Shown in pieces: positions 12,640 through 25,192 of a DNA stretch of 64,000 nucleotides. The position numbers and the translations under genes are program-made. The notes beneath the pieces are model-generated. The model saw only the letters and a list, made by a program, of their open reading frames with translations, made no database searches and was not told the origin of the DNA. Location of the stretch: positions 3,100,363-3,164,362 of the forward strand of contig BFEA01000011.1 of NCBI GenBank assembly GCA_003427395.1. Reading direction: 5' to 3'. Every line of letters starts with the position of its first letter. Positions within the stretch are counted from its first letter, which is position 1. The DNA is from Chara braunii (taxonomy: Eukaryota; Plantae; Charophyceae).

Positions 12640-15133
12640 TAAACAAATAGCTCCTTAGCATTTATTTCAAACCCCCTGCAGGGTATCCGAGAGGCCCCTG
12701 CACACAATCAGCAAGGGCCACGTTGCCATGAACGAGGTAGTAGTCATAGCCATGCTAAAGTCATGGCACGCCAAGTATATTTGCTGTTGATTCACTTTAA
12801 GGTCCGTGTTTCAGCAGTTATGGGACCACTGAGCACGCGAGTTTCTGGGCAGTAGCAGGCCAACTCACCACGTGCTTTTCAGGGCTTCCCTCCACTACTC
12901 ACCAAATGTGGAAAACTAGAATGAATTTTCTGCTAGAACATGGAACTGTACGCCGCCATATGTTTTGTCTTTTGTGGAAGTGGTGACGAGTGAAGCAAGG
13001 CCCTTAGGGCCACTGCCCGTAGGAAACGGAAACCAAATCACTAAATGTGCAAAACTAGAATGAATCTTCTGCTAGAACATGGAACTGTACGCCGCCATAT
13101 GTTTTGTCTTTTTTGCAAGTGGTGACGAGTGAAGCAAGGCCCTTAGGGCCACTGCCCGTAGGAAACGGAAACCAAAGAAAGAGAGGAATGAACCTTCTGC
13201 TAGAACATGGAACCACACACCGCCATATGTTTTGTCTTTTGTGCAAGTAGTGACGAGTGGAGCAAGGCCCTTAGGGCCACTGCTCGTAGGAAAGCGAAAC
13301 AAAAGAAAGAGAGAGCTACGGTAGTAAGTAGTGGTAACTTGTAACCCATGACTGCTGGAAAGCAGACCTGACTTCGGATCCAGAACATATATTGCTGGCC
13401 TGCTCCTCTTTCATACGAAATTCGCTGAACGTCTGTTGAGATGTTGGGACAATTGCATATGCACTGCTGGGGTCCTCCGGGAAAAAGACTATTCAACAAG
13501 GAATACGTGAGCCCAATTTTTTTTTCTGTGGGGAGGTGCACCATTGGCTACGTCAGCCAGCGTTCTCCAATTTCTTTTTATACCCTATTTATTGGGGTGC
13601 GTCGCATCACGTGCGCGTGCATGCTTACACGTGCGTTATGCGCCGCACGTGTGGAGCTCGCGCGCATGCGATGCGCCACAGGTATGGGTTGGAGTATAGG
13701 GGGAGTATAGGGGTGATATAGGGGGTATTGGGGGGTTTAATAAGGGTGTTGGGGGNNNNNNNNNNNNNNNNNNNNNNNNNNNNNNNNNNNNNNNNNNNNN
13801 NNNNNNNNNNNNNNNNNNNNNNNNNNNNNNNNNNNNNNNNNNNNNNNNNNNNNNNNNNNNNNNNNNNNNNNNNNNNNNNNNNNNNNNNNNNNNNNNNNNN
13901 NNNNNNNNNNNNNNNNNNNNNNNNNNNNNNNNNNNNNNNNNNNNNNNNNNNNNNNNNNNNNNNNNNNNNNNNNNNNNNNNNNNNNNNNNNNNNNNNNNNN
14001 NNNNNNNNNNNNNNNNNNNNNNNNNNNNNNNNNNNNNNNNNNNNNNNNNNNNNNNNNNNNNNNNNNNNNNNNNNNNNNNNNNNNNNNNNNNNNNNNNNNN
14101 NNNNNNNNNNNNNNNNNNNNNNNNNNNNNNNNNNNNNNNNNNNNNNNNNNNNNNNNNNNNNNNNNNNNNNNNNNNNNNNNNNNNNNNNNNNNNNNNNNNN
14201 NNNNNNNNNNNNNNNNNNNNNNNNNNNNNNNNNNNTTCTGGATCCCAAAAAAAAAAAAAAAGAAAAGGTGCGGGGTGCCGATAACCCCCGACTGGTAGGT
14301 GCCGACCAGCCGATTGGTCGGCGGGGCGGCAGCCAACCAGTCGAGGGCCGCCGACCGTCGGCGGGTCCAACACTGTGGAGGAGCATATTGATTTATTTTG
14401 CATGCTTACATGCGGCTTTGTGTGACAGTCTTTTGTCCTCATTTTGTGTGCGGCATGTCTTTGTGTGACTATGCATTGGCTTGATTTTGTGCACATGGGC
14501 ATCCGTGGTCTGTATCTGTGCTCGTGCTCGTGCTCGTGTGTGTGTTCGAGGGGGCGGGATGGATTGTGGGTGGATGGGTGCGCTTGAATCCCCACTTTAG
14601 ATTGGTGATGAAGCTCCAGTGCTCAATACAATTGCAACAGTGCTGGAAAAGCTCGCAGGGTCACCGGCAACGACAAGGAGCACAATTCATGCAATGGAGG
14701 TGCTTGCGAAGACGGTAGCAGATTTGCCGCCACCGCCGCAGCACTCACAACATGCGTTCCCAGAGGTGCAGTCCCCGCTTTGCCCTTTATAGGCTCCTAC
14801 CCTGAGATGTTATGCATGCAACTCCACATCAGCAGTGGACTATCCGTCAGTGCTGATGTCTTGGAAAGACTGCTGTAAGAAGCATAGAGGCAAATGTTCT
14901 TATTGACTTCTCAGCCAAGCCTGTCGTTGTACGCGCGATGTCTTTTCAAAGGAAGAAAAAGGGACTGGCATGTCAATTCTAAAGTGCTGAACCTTGACTG
15001 CCACCTCTGTGGCTGACAAGGACCTAGTGCCATGAGAGGTGGATTGACTTGTTTGACATTGTCTCTGCTTACGTGGCTGAGGGTGCAGCCGTAGCTCTGA
15101 CTGGGCTGTGTCTCTCTTTATGCGGTTTGACAT

Positions 15134-15164
<31 letters not shown>

Positions 15165-18100
15165 TGTGACGATATATATTATATATATATTATATATATA
15201 TATATAGGTTTGGGGCTGCCACATTCTTGTGCTGTTGTCAGCAGAGCATTTTGGTATCTGAAATTCTGAACTCGTCACCTGAGTATTTTACTATTTTGTT
15301 TCCGAGTGACTCTAACAGGATGTGAACTCAGTTCTACCGTCTTTCCCCGAACACAACGCACCCTCATTTTGGCTGTATCTGGCCGGAAATATAACTGGTA
15401 TTAGGTTGCGTTATGTTTGGGGGAAGACGGTAGCCCCTAGGTATGTACCGTTGGCCATATGCCAGTTCAAGAGAACAATCAAGCTATCAAGTATGGAATC
15501 CTTTTGGGGCCGTGGCTTCTAACTTCTAAGTCCAAATATTCAATGGGGGCGTTGGGGTGGGAAATTGGGGACCGCCTGCGCAAAGGCAAGTATCTGTTTT
15601 GACTTCTTCTTATCTTTTCAGAGTCCTAAATCAATCTACAGCTTCAGAAAATTGCCTGACAAAGATCAATGTGCGCATTGTGCGATCCTCACGTATGATG
15701 CTTGGCCCAAAATGTAGCTCAGCATGCGTTTTGCCACGTCCTGGTGATGGTGTTTCTGTGGCTACCCATACGTTTTTCGTGTGTGGCAGGGTTGAATACC
15801 CGCGGACCGCCTACCCCGACCGCCGACCGTATTGCAGCCGACCAGTAGGGCCGACTGGTCGGCGGTCTGCCGACCAGTCAGAAAACAGCCATCCACGTAT
15901 TTTTTTCAAATCTGAGTTGGGGGCTGTACTGCGCTTGCTGAGTACATCCCAAATCCGCTGAGAAACTTTGGGGATGAGGGGGGGTATGGGTATAGGAGGA
16001 TATAGGGGTGGTGTAAGGGGTATTAGGGGGGGTATGAGGGTGTTGGGGGGCGGTTTGGGGGTGTAGGGGGGGTGTATGGGGGTATTGAGGGTGGGTATGG
16101 GGGTGTTGGTGGGGTTATTAGGGGTTCTGGACCCCCCCCAAAAAAAGAAGGGGGTGTTGGGGGGTTGTATGGGTGTATTGGGGGCGGGTATGGGGGTGTT
16201 GGTGGGGTTAATAGGGGTTCTGGGACCCACTTTTTTTTTTTTTTTTTTTGGCGGGGTGCCGATGACCCCGACCGGTAGGTGCCAACCAGCCAACCGGTCA
16301 GCTGGTTGGCATCCGACCAGTTAAGGGCCGCCGACCGTCGGGGTATGCAACACTGTGTCGTTATCTTCTCGTTCATTTGTAAAGATAGGATGAACGTTGA
16401 ATGGAGTACGCCACTGTGCATGCGACTGATGTCATAGAGTAGATAGCAGCCAAAGGCGTCATTGGAAGGAATTTGGGCCTTCAGTAGGCATTTGTTGACA
16501 GGGTGTGTAGTATGCGCAAAAGGCACAGGGAGCCAGGGAGTTTATCAATGCTGAGAATTTGTCTTGGTTCTGTGTTGTCGTCTCCCTCCTTTCCTCTCTC
16601 TTTCCCTCTCTCCCTCCTTTCTCGCTCCGTGTGTCTTGGCCTCCCCCGACTTTCCTCCTTGCAACTCCGCATTTACTTTGGGTGCCCTTTCCCCTGTTTT
16701 GGTATACTGTTTCTTCTCTGGTGATTTATATGTGCACAGATCAGCGCATCAAACACCGACTGCAGCGGGCACCGTTTTGCCTTTTCTAGTTTTCGATGTT
16801 GAAGTTTGGACGATAGATTCGATCTTGGTAGGATGGTGGTAGTCTGCAGCTGGATCCAAGTTTTGCGCCACATGGTAGGCGCTATCATGTGCCCAAAAAT
16901 TGCAGCCAATGGCATTTGCTAGGCTGGCACAGAACAGACAAATGTGGCCAGCCGTGCAGTCTTTTTTTGCACCTTGTGGCGTCTGTATGGATTCGGTTTT
17001 GATATTAGGTTGTCTGTAACAACATTCACAAGTACCCATCGCCTGTGTACCTGTGCGTCGTGGGCGATCCCAGTCTGACTACCGCATGTGAAGCTGTAAC
17101 GGTTGCTGAGGAGACAACAAGCGCTGCCGCCGAAAATGTGGCAGCAGCAACAGAAGGTCAGGCTGCTGCTGAGGAAGCTGGCGTGGACGAGGATTGATGC
17201 AGTGTGGACATGGACCGCCCATCCTATGCCAGCAAACATCAATCTGACACTGCAGCTGCATGTATAGTGGTCGCAACGAAGGTAGTGGCTGCTCCGGATG
17301 AGGCTGCTGTGGATGTTAACCCTTGTTGTGCGGGCATGGATGGCCCAAATGCCATGATGACAAACATCGACTTCATCCATTCCGTATGTTGTGTTTGAGG
17401 AAAGCATACGAGTCCATGCCCCAAGAAAACCTATTGAACCTCATTGCAATCAATTGCATCTTTTGTGCAAGTGGAAAGTTGAGTGCTTGAAGCAGGGATG
17501 GCTGTGGGGAAAGGGGACTGTGACTGTGACTGTAGTCAATGGGAGCGCTGATTGTCTTAGCTCAGGTTTGCATGTATGTTACTGTGAATGCAGGCTCTAT
17601 TCCAGCAACTGCTGCAAGTGATGGCGTACCCAGATACAGAGACAAGGTGTGGCGGGCATAGGATCTTTGCAATCTTGATGCCACCTATTCCATCTCCTAC
17701 AGTGGCAAGACCGCAGGGTGCAGTTGCCTCAGCAATGGCACAGGCGAAGGCACGGTTTGAAAAGCTGATAGGAAGGGACAAGAGGGCAGAGGAAGAGGGA
17801 ACAGAGATGGGAAGAGGGAAGGAGGAGGACGCAGCTGGGATTGAGATGGTAGCAGCTGTGGTGCCTCAGGGCCGCTCACGGCTGCGAAGTCGCAGCTATC
17901 GGCAGCTGGGCGTCGTCATCGGCACCAGAGTTAGGGGCAGTCGCGTAGGGGACAATAGCAGCATCGTAGGGGTTGGCGAAAATATGACCGCGGGGCAGGC
18001 AAATCCGCAGGAGTTGCATTTCAGCAGCCATCAAGCAAGCTTGCTGCTCTCCTCCTTGCATCACCAGGCAGTCATGACAGATAACTTGCCCGTCAACTAT

Positions 18101-21100
18101 GAGTGGATGGGATACACATACTGTCTTGTTGCTCACCACTCTAAGCCAAAAGTGAGTGTTGAATCTTCCAACTGGGAGCATCTTCTTTTGAAAAACTCTG
18201 TTTCATCTTTGCTTGTGCACTTGTGCTAGTTATTTGATAGCTGTTGTGGCAATGCTCTATATATATCTGAATGAATGAGCCGCCAATGGTGTATACATAC
18301 ATCCGAATGAGTTGCCAATGGTGTGGAAATTATGGACAGCTAATATAGGTGAATGATTTTGGTAATTTGGTAAATGAAAATGAAATGGAAATCATCATTT
18401 TCTGTAGAAGAAGAAAGGTGTGTAATAATACGCTTAAACAAGTTAAACGGTTAAACCACTACCTTCTTCCCCCCAATACAGCGTACGGTCTTTATAGCTG
18501 TATGTGAGGCATCTTTCAGTCTAGATACAACTACAATGACCGTACGTTGTATTCGGGGGAAGAAGGTAGTACATCCGAAAAAGCAGATTGAGCCTCTCCT
18601 AAAAATAGGAGGCCATGAAGCGCCTATTTATTTTATCGAGGGGGTCCATGGCCTCCAAATTTTTAGGAGATGGTCAATCTGCTTTTTCGGATGTACTGGT
18701 AGTTGAAAGCACCAGCGGACCTGAGCCTCCTTTTACCCAATCCTCGATTTCGCCCCCTCTGCACCGCCACATTGCTGTGGGTCCGCGTACCTGAGCCTCC
18801 TTTTACCCAATCCTCCATTTCGCCCCCTCTGCACCGGCACATTGCTTGGGTCCAGCCTACAAGGGGTAGCCAGGCACTTTGGTCCACTACTGTCTTCAAC
18901 CGAATACAACGCCTGGTCATTAAATCCATATTTGGCACAACATTCAGTCCAGATGCAGCGGTAATGACTGGCCGTTCTATTCGGGTGACGACGGTAGGCC
19001 AAGCCTGACCACACTCCTTTGTATGCTGGTGGAGGGCATGGGCGAGTGTCTGATGCACTGGTAGCTTAACATTATTGCAATGGACAATCCTCTGGGACTG
19101 ATTAGGTTTAAAACGATCCAGAGAACATGAGCATCACGTGTATATGAGTCGGTAAAACTCCGACGAAGCAGTTTGTCACAGCCCCTCGTTTGTTGTCCTC
19201 TTTTTCAGCCTCCTGATGAGTCGGTGAAACTCCGACGAAACAGTTTGTCACAGCCCCTCGTTTGTTGTCCTCTTCTCCCCCTCTCTCTGACTACGGTTTA
19301 CCGGGCAGCTCTGTTTGACGATATATATGCTGATTAATGTCCTCATTATCTGCCAACTCTTGAGAGGCATTGGTTTTGTGGCCTGGCTCTGCTACTCATC
19401 TGTCAACATTGTTCCAATGTTTTGGGTGTTGTGATGTTACTGTTATTATGTGATGAGCGGAGGAGGAGGAGGTTTCTTGTTCTTTACTCTTGGCATGTGA
19501 ATGCCCCCAATTGTCTAGAAAGCATACTGATGAGATTCTAGTTCCAGCAAGTTGTTGCGGCATCAGCATGCATCCATGGCCTCGTGGGTGCTGTACTGTT
19601 CATTTGCCACATTTCTTCTCACCCTCTCTCTATGTGCTGGGTTGGCGATTAACCAACTTGTGGCGATTTCAGCGCTTCTTCCTCCAGTTTTGTCACGGCT
19701 ATTTCTTTCCTATTTCAGTGCCAGCTTTTGTGTGCCGTCTGCCGTCTCTGTGGTTTTCTTTTCTGTGGTCTCTTGATGCATCCAGGCTGATCCAGCCAAT
19801 GTCAACAGGCAACCTGGGTTCTGTAACTCACCTTTGTGGACTTATCATGCCTCGGCGCATTCGTCCAGGTATGATGAACAGACATGCAGATGGCTGTTGT
19901 TGGCTTGCTGTTTTCCCTATGATGACACACCAGCTGGCGTTGAAAGAACCAAGGCTGGTGAGCTTCGCTATGATGGTCATTTCTGTTTTGTGCTTGCTGG
20001 AAGTTGCTGCGGCATTCCTCTCCTTCTCTCCCTTCCTCGCTTCGAATTTCAAATAGTTTATTGTGAATGATGTTACAAAATGTAATGTGTCAGGCTCTCT
20101 TGGAATGAATTTGTTTACTATATCTGCAGACGACAAGTTCGAATACAATGCTGAGGGCTATTCAGCTGGCGCTCTCCGTGCGGGCCACAGCCCTCCGTTC
20201 TGAAAGTAGGTGATCAATGGCCATGCTCTCCTTTGCACTTTGCCTGCTTGGGGTTTGCTATTTTTCGGTGTTTTTGTGTTTGAGCATTCAGAGTTGTTAT
20301 CTTTCAAAGCTTTTTCCCTTTTTGTTTGTGTTTTGTATTGCTTCCATTTGCTTGTATGTGTCTTTGTGGTGTTGTCCCCTCTTTATCGGTATCAGTTGGT
20401 CTATAGGCCATGTAGAGTGACTGCGTGCTTGTGCGGGTGTATAGATCGCTATAACTGTCGAGGTGTTGGCATGCATACACTGTGCATCGGTGATGTTCAA
20501 CGATTGTGTCGTTTTGCGCATTTCGCGGCGGCGGTAGAAATGTTTGTGAAGGACACTATGATTTTGTCTTGTTTCCAACTGGTTTGATGGTTTGTGAACA
20601 CAGTTTGGTTAATTGAACTCGATTCTTTTAGTTCCGTAATTTCATGACTTTGAGGACTTCCCTCTTTTTTGCAAGATGGCGTGATGGTTTGTGAACGCAG
20701 TTTGGTTAATTGAACATGCACTATTACATCATCCAGTTTATTAATGCTGATTGGGTTCCCCTCGCCTTTTTCTCCCTCGACCGTCTGTTAGGTTGATCCA
20801 TACTTGTGGCGCACCACGTGCGCTCGTCTGGCACACAGCCTGCACTGCACTGGTGCATCGTACGAGGATGGGTCTGGCATTAAATTTGCAGGGTGTATGC
20901 AATGGCACCAGGTTCTGAGCCCTCCTCATGGCTGAGAATCTGGTGCCATTGCATATGCCATTCAGCAAACTTCTACGGTTGCAGCTTGTATTTTTGTTTC
21001 TGGGAAATTCTGGCATTAAATTTGCAAGTTTGGCTGAGCTGCTACTGCAGATATTAGTTGAAGGTCCATGAAGGGTCTGGAGAATTGATTGACATGAAGG

Positions 21101-21313
21101 GTTGGCAGGGAGGAGTGATGTTGGGGTGGAAGGAGAACAAAGTGCTGTAGAAGATCAGCTCAGTTCTACGTTCAAACTTCAAACAGATCTCTACATCATG
21201 AAATTGTATGAATGTCATCAACAGCGAAAATATGATTTTCAGAATACATCAAGTGGGTTGTAACTTGGAAGGAAGCAGTGGGGAGTCAAGGGTATGGGAT
21301 GCCGGAAGAGAAA

Positions 21314-21345
<32 letters not shown>

Positions 21346-21359
21346 ATCCATTCCTCCTC

Positions 21360-21446
<87 letters not shown>

Positions 21447-23198
21447 CAGACAGAACAGACAGCGTGACGTTGGAATGTCTTTGCAGCGGCGTTGCAACCA
21501 GTGAGGCGTCAGTCCCTCCTCATGCTCGGGACTGCCATGTTCGTGGCAGCTGCAAAGGTGTATGGCTTTCCTCAAGTGTCAGCTTATGCAAGAAACATAA
21601 TCACTGATGATTCGGTAAGGATGGTCCCCCACACATTATTGTTTATCCCTGTCCTTCTTCAAGTTTTGCAGTTTCTGTAGCTGCAACTGGAAGCTTCCTG
21701 TTCGTCCCTCAAAGTGCAGTGGAGGGTTATCTCGTCCAGTTTGCTTGTACATGGTGGTATCATAGGGCATTTATGGCAGCAACCATGGCTGGTGACGAAA
21801 CATGGATTGTATTTCGTTCTGATGATGCTCTCTGAGTACCTCCTATATCAGGTTCGTTGTCAGTTGGAACCTCTATTTGAGTAAAACGGTTCCATCTGTG
21901 CCATACATATTTTGTCTATCAGCCTTCTCTGATGATATTGGACCTTGCTCCAGCACACTCACCAAATGTGCGAAATGAAAACGAATCTTCCTCTAGAACA
22001 TGAAAAGCTAAACCGCCAACATTTTTGTCGTTTGTGCATTTGGTGAGTGGGGTTGGAGCAAGGCCCTTTAAGTGCGAGTTCAAACAAATGGCCTGTCACG
22101 GCTCCCCATTTTTTCCCTCGTCCTTTCTGACCCTTCAACCAGTCGTTTTCCCGGTGGTTCTTTGTGGCAAGTTGTGGGTTAGATCGATAGATGATTGGTT
22201 GCGCAGATTGCGCTGCATTGCATTGTTTGATTTAGTTTGATACTGGTCTGGTCATGTCAATTTTTCAACCCATCTGTGCAGTTTTTTTTTTGTTTTGGTT
22301 TTCGAGATTTGTGCCCACCTTACTCAGTGGCCATGCTCGTCTTCTCGAATTTTCATTGCAATTTCATGGACTCTTTTTTTTTTTTTTTTTTTCCCATTCG
22401 CCTAGTGCATCTATTTTTTTAAATCGCCGCCATCCGTTTGTGTATTTGGTGGTGCAACACTCACCTTTCTGGCACCTCTCTCTCTATCTCTCACACACAC
22501 ACCCTGTGCCATGCCAGAGTAGTCTGTTTCAGTGGTGAATATTTAGAATTTTGCGAAGCTCGTCATGCACCTCTCCCCTGCTCTTTGCATGCCATACTCT
22601 ATCCTGCCCTTCACATATTTCTTTCCTTCCCTTTGCCCCTACCTCCCCTGCCCCATACTCCTATAGAACTCCACCTTCTATCCCTTACCCTCCACCCTCC
22701 CCTCCACTCCACTCCCTTTGTGCTACGAACAAATACATACGAATCAGCATCATTAAGAGAACAGACGATATGAAGATCAGAAATGAAATAAACGGAAGTA
22801 TGAAGATGAAAGACGGACACAAAGACTAAGCTGAAGATCTGAAGTGAAATGATCAGGAGTATGAAGGCCTGAAGAGAAATGCACAGGAGTATACCTTCCC
22901 TTTTACTCTGCCTCCTGAAATAACGTGAAGGCACACGGGGATGTGGGCAGCTGCCGCTCAACCACAATGAACGTGGGCAGCCTTGTACGTAAGAGTCGCA
23001 GTAAAAGGGGAGTTGCAAGAACAATGGAAGGGGTACCCCAACGACAACCAAAAAACTGTTTAATGATAAAATTGCTTTAATATGTTGGACTGTGACTGTC
23101 TCATCTCAAATGCTCTTGTTGTATGCAATAGGACAAAGACTGCTGTGATTCTGAATCCATTCATCTGGGTGGAATTGGGGCTGTTGTGGGGAAAATCT

Positions 23199-23264
<66 letters not shown>

Positions 23265-25161
23265 CCTGCAACCCAAACACTGACTGGCCTCTTGTGCCCT
23301 TGAGTGGTCTGGTCCAGCGGCGAGTATTGAGAACCCAGTGAAGTTCGTCATTCCTCTGTTATGTTCTTTGCCCCTCCATTCCCTCCTCTACTCCTTCTCC
23401 CTCCCCTGCCCCCCGGTTCCTATAGAACTCTTATCTTCTACCTGCTTCCTTCCTCCCTACCGTTGTGTACTACTAGTAAATGCATACAAAAAAAAAGAGC
23501 ATCATTACGAGAACAGACAAAATATATGCTGAACATCTGGAGAAAAATGAACAGGAGTATACCTCCCCCTTTACTATGCCTCCTTTCATAACGTGCAAGT
23601 GTGCCGTTAAGGCACCCGAGGAATGTGGGCAGCCTTGTACGTGAGAGGCACAGTACAAGGGGAGCTGAAAAAGTAAATAAGACGGGTACCCCAAAGAAAG
23701 CCAATGCAAAGATAGTTAAGAAAGGGATATAATGGATCTATTCTGCCCCATGTTGCTAGCTATAGACGCAAAACCATTTCATTGTTGGATTGGCTCGTCT
23801 CAAGTGTGCTTCATTTGTCTGCAATAGAGGTAAAGCTGCTTTGCGACACTGACATTCGCTTGTTTACTCATTTTTGCTTGCTGATTGTTGGTGCAGAAAT
23901 GTCCTTTCCTAGAGTTGAATAGTGAGGAAAGACTACAAGTTGTGGGTGGGGTGCAGGCAATGGCAGTGACTGATGCTGAGTATAGCTCCAGAGGGCGTAA
24001 TGAGGCAGCTTCTCATGCTCTGTCTTCGATTGCTATTCATCCGTCGGATGACCTTGCCTTACTTGTTGATAAAATCTGTTCCACCCCAGGGCTTGTGGAG
24101 GTAAGACTATGCAATGTAGTACGCCTACCTTGGTGATCTTGTTGAAGGCTCAAAGCCTTAAACGGACAAATACAAATCTGACGATAGCTCAAGTGCATGA
24201 ATCTGACTGCGGTGGATGAACTAGAGGGAATGCAGCTTGCATGAATCTGACTGTGGTGGATGAACTAGAGGGAATGAAGGTTAGCCGGCCGCCCCCCTGT
24301 GTGGCTCAAAAGATGCATCTGAGGTAGCTTTGCTTTAGCCAGAGGGTGATAGAGTCAAAGCACCAGTACATGCCCTGTATTGGCCACGGCTCCCTTTGGG
24401 AGGCTGGCGGCCGTCGATTCATTTTATCTACGGTGCTTGGCCTCCTATATTTCTGCAGAGGTTCAAAACAGGTTCTCCAGTTGCCTGGGGCCATGTACTG
24501 GTGGTTTACGACAAAGTGCGGGAGGTTAAGGCAGCGAATGAGAGAGATAGAGTCAAGACAGCAACTCCCCGAATTGAGGTTGAGACCGTCGAGACTCGTA
24601 CTGGGCCCGTAGGTCAGGGAGCCAGGGCCCAGTTAAACCACCACTACCTAGGGGCCCAACCTTCAGAGCCTGATGGGACCTGGTACAGTGGTACCATATC
24701 ATCGTCTGGCAGTCCAGCAGGCGAAAATCCAGCCCTCTTCTGGTCACAACTTGGGAAACAGGAGGGTCCCCTAGCATGTCTTAAAAAAAAAGAACAAAAA
24801 AAAAAGGGTCCGCTAGCCTAGGTGGTGGTCGCGTAGTTGCTGTGACACTGATGACATTGTTGCTGACTGACTGAACTCTCCTGAATGCCACTGCTTTTTC
24901 AGCTTCCCTTATGGCGTGATATCTGCCTGTGATATATGCTGAGCAATCAGTGAGGATAACTCGTCCAAATTGAGCATGAAATTTATGAATGCTGTAAAAT
25001 GGATTCGGTAAAGAAGGAAAGCTAGGAAACTTAGGAAAGCTGTGTTCACCTTGACGAGATAGATTGATGGCAATCGAGTTTCTACCTAGGCCACCAGCCG
25101 GGCCGCCCGGGTCACCTTGTTTGCCCGGGATGCCCGGCCGTGCAAGGGCCATAAAAGGTCC

Positions 25162-25192
<31 letters not shown>

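Noticed and set aside
12898-13305. CRISPR-like array
   Set aside because: Units are whole-length tandem copies without unique spacers; eukaryotic context and no cas genes
11546-14595. Long ORFs containing X runs
   Set aside because: Open only because they cross N gaps
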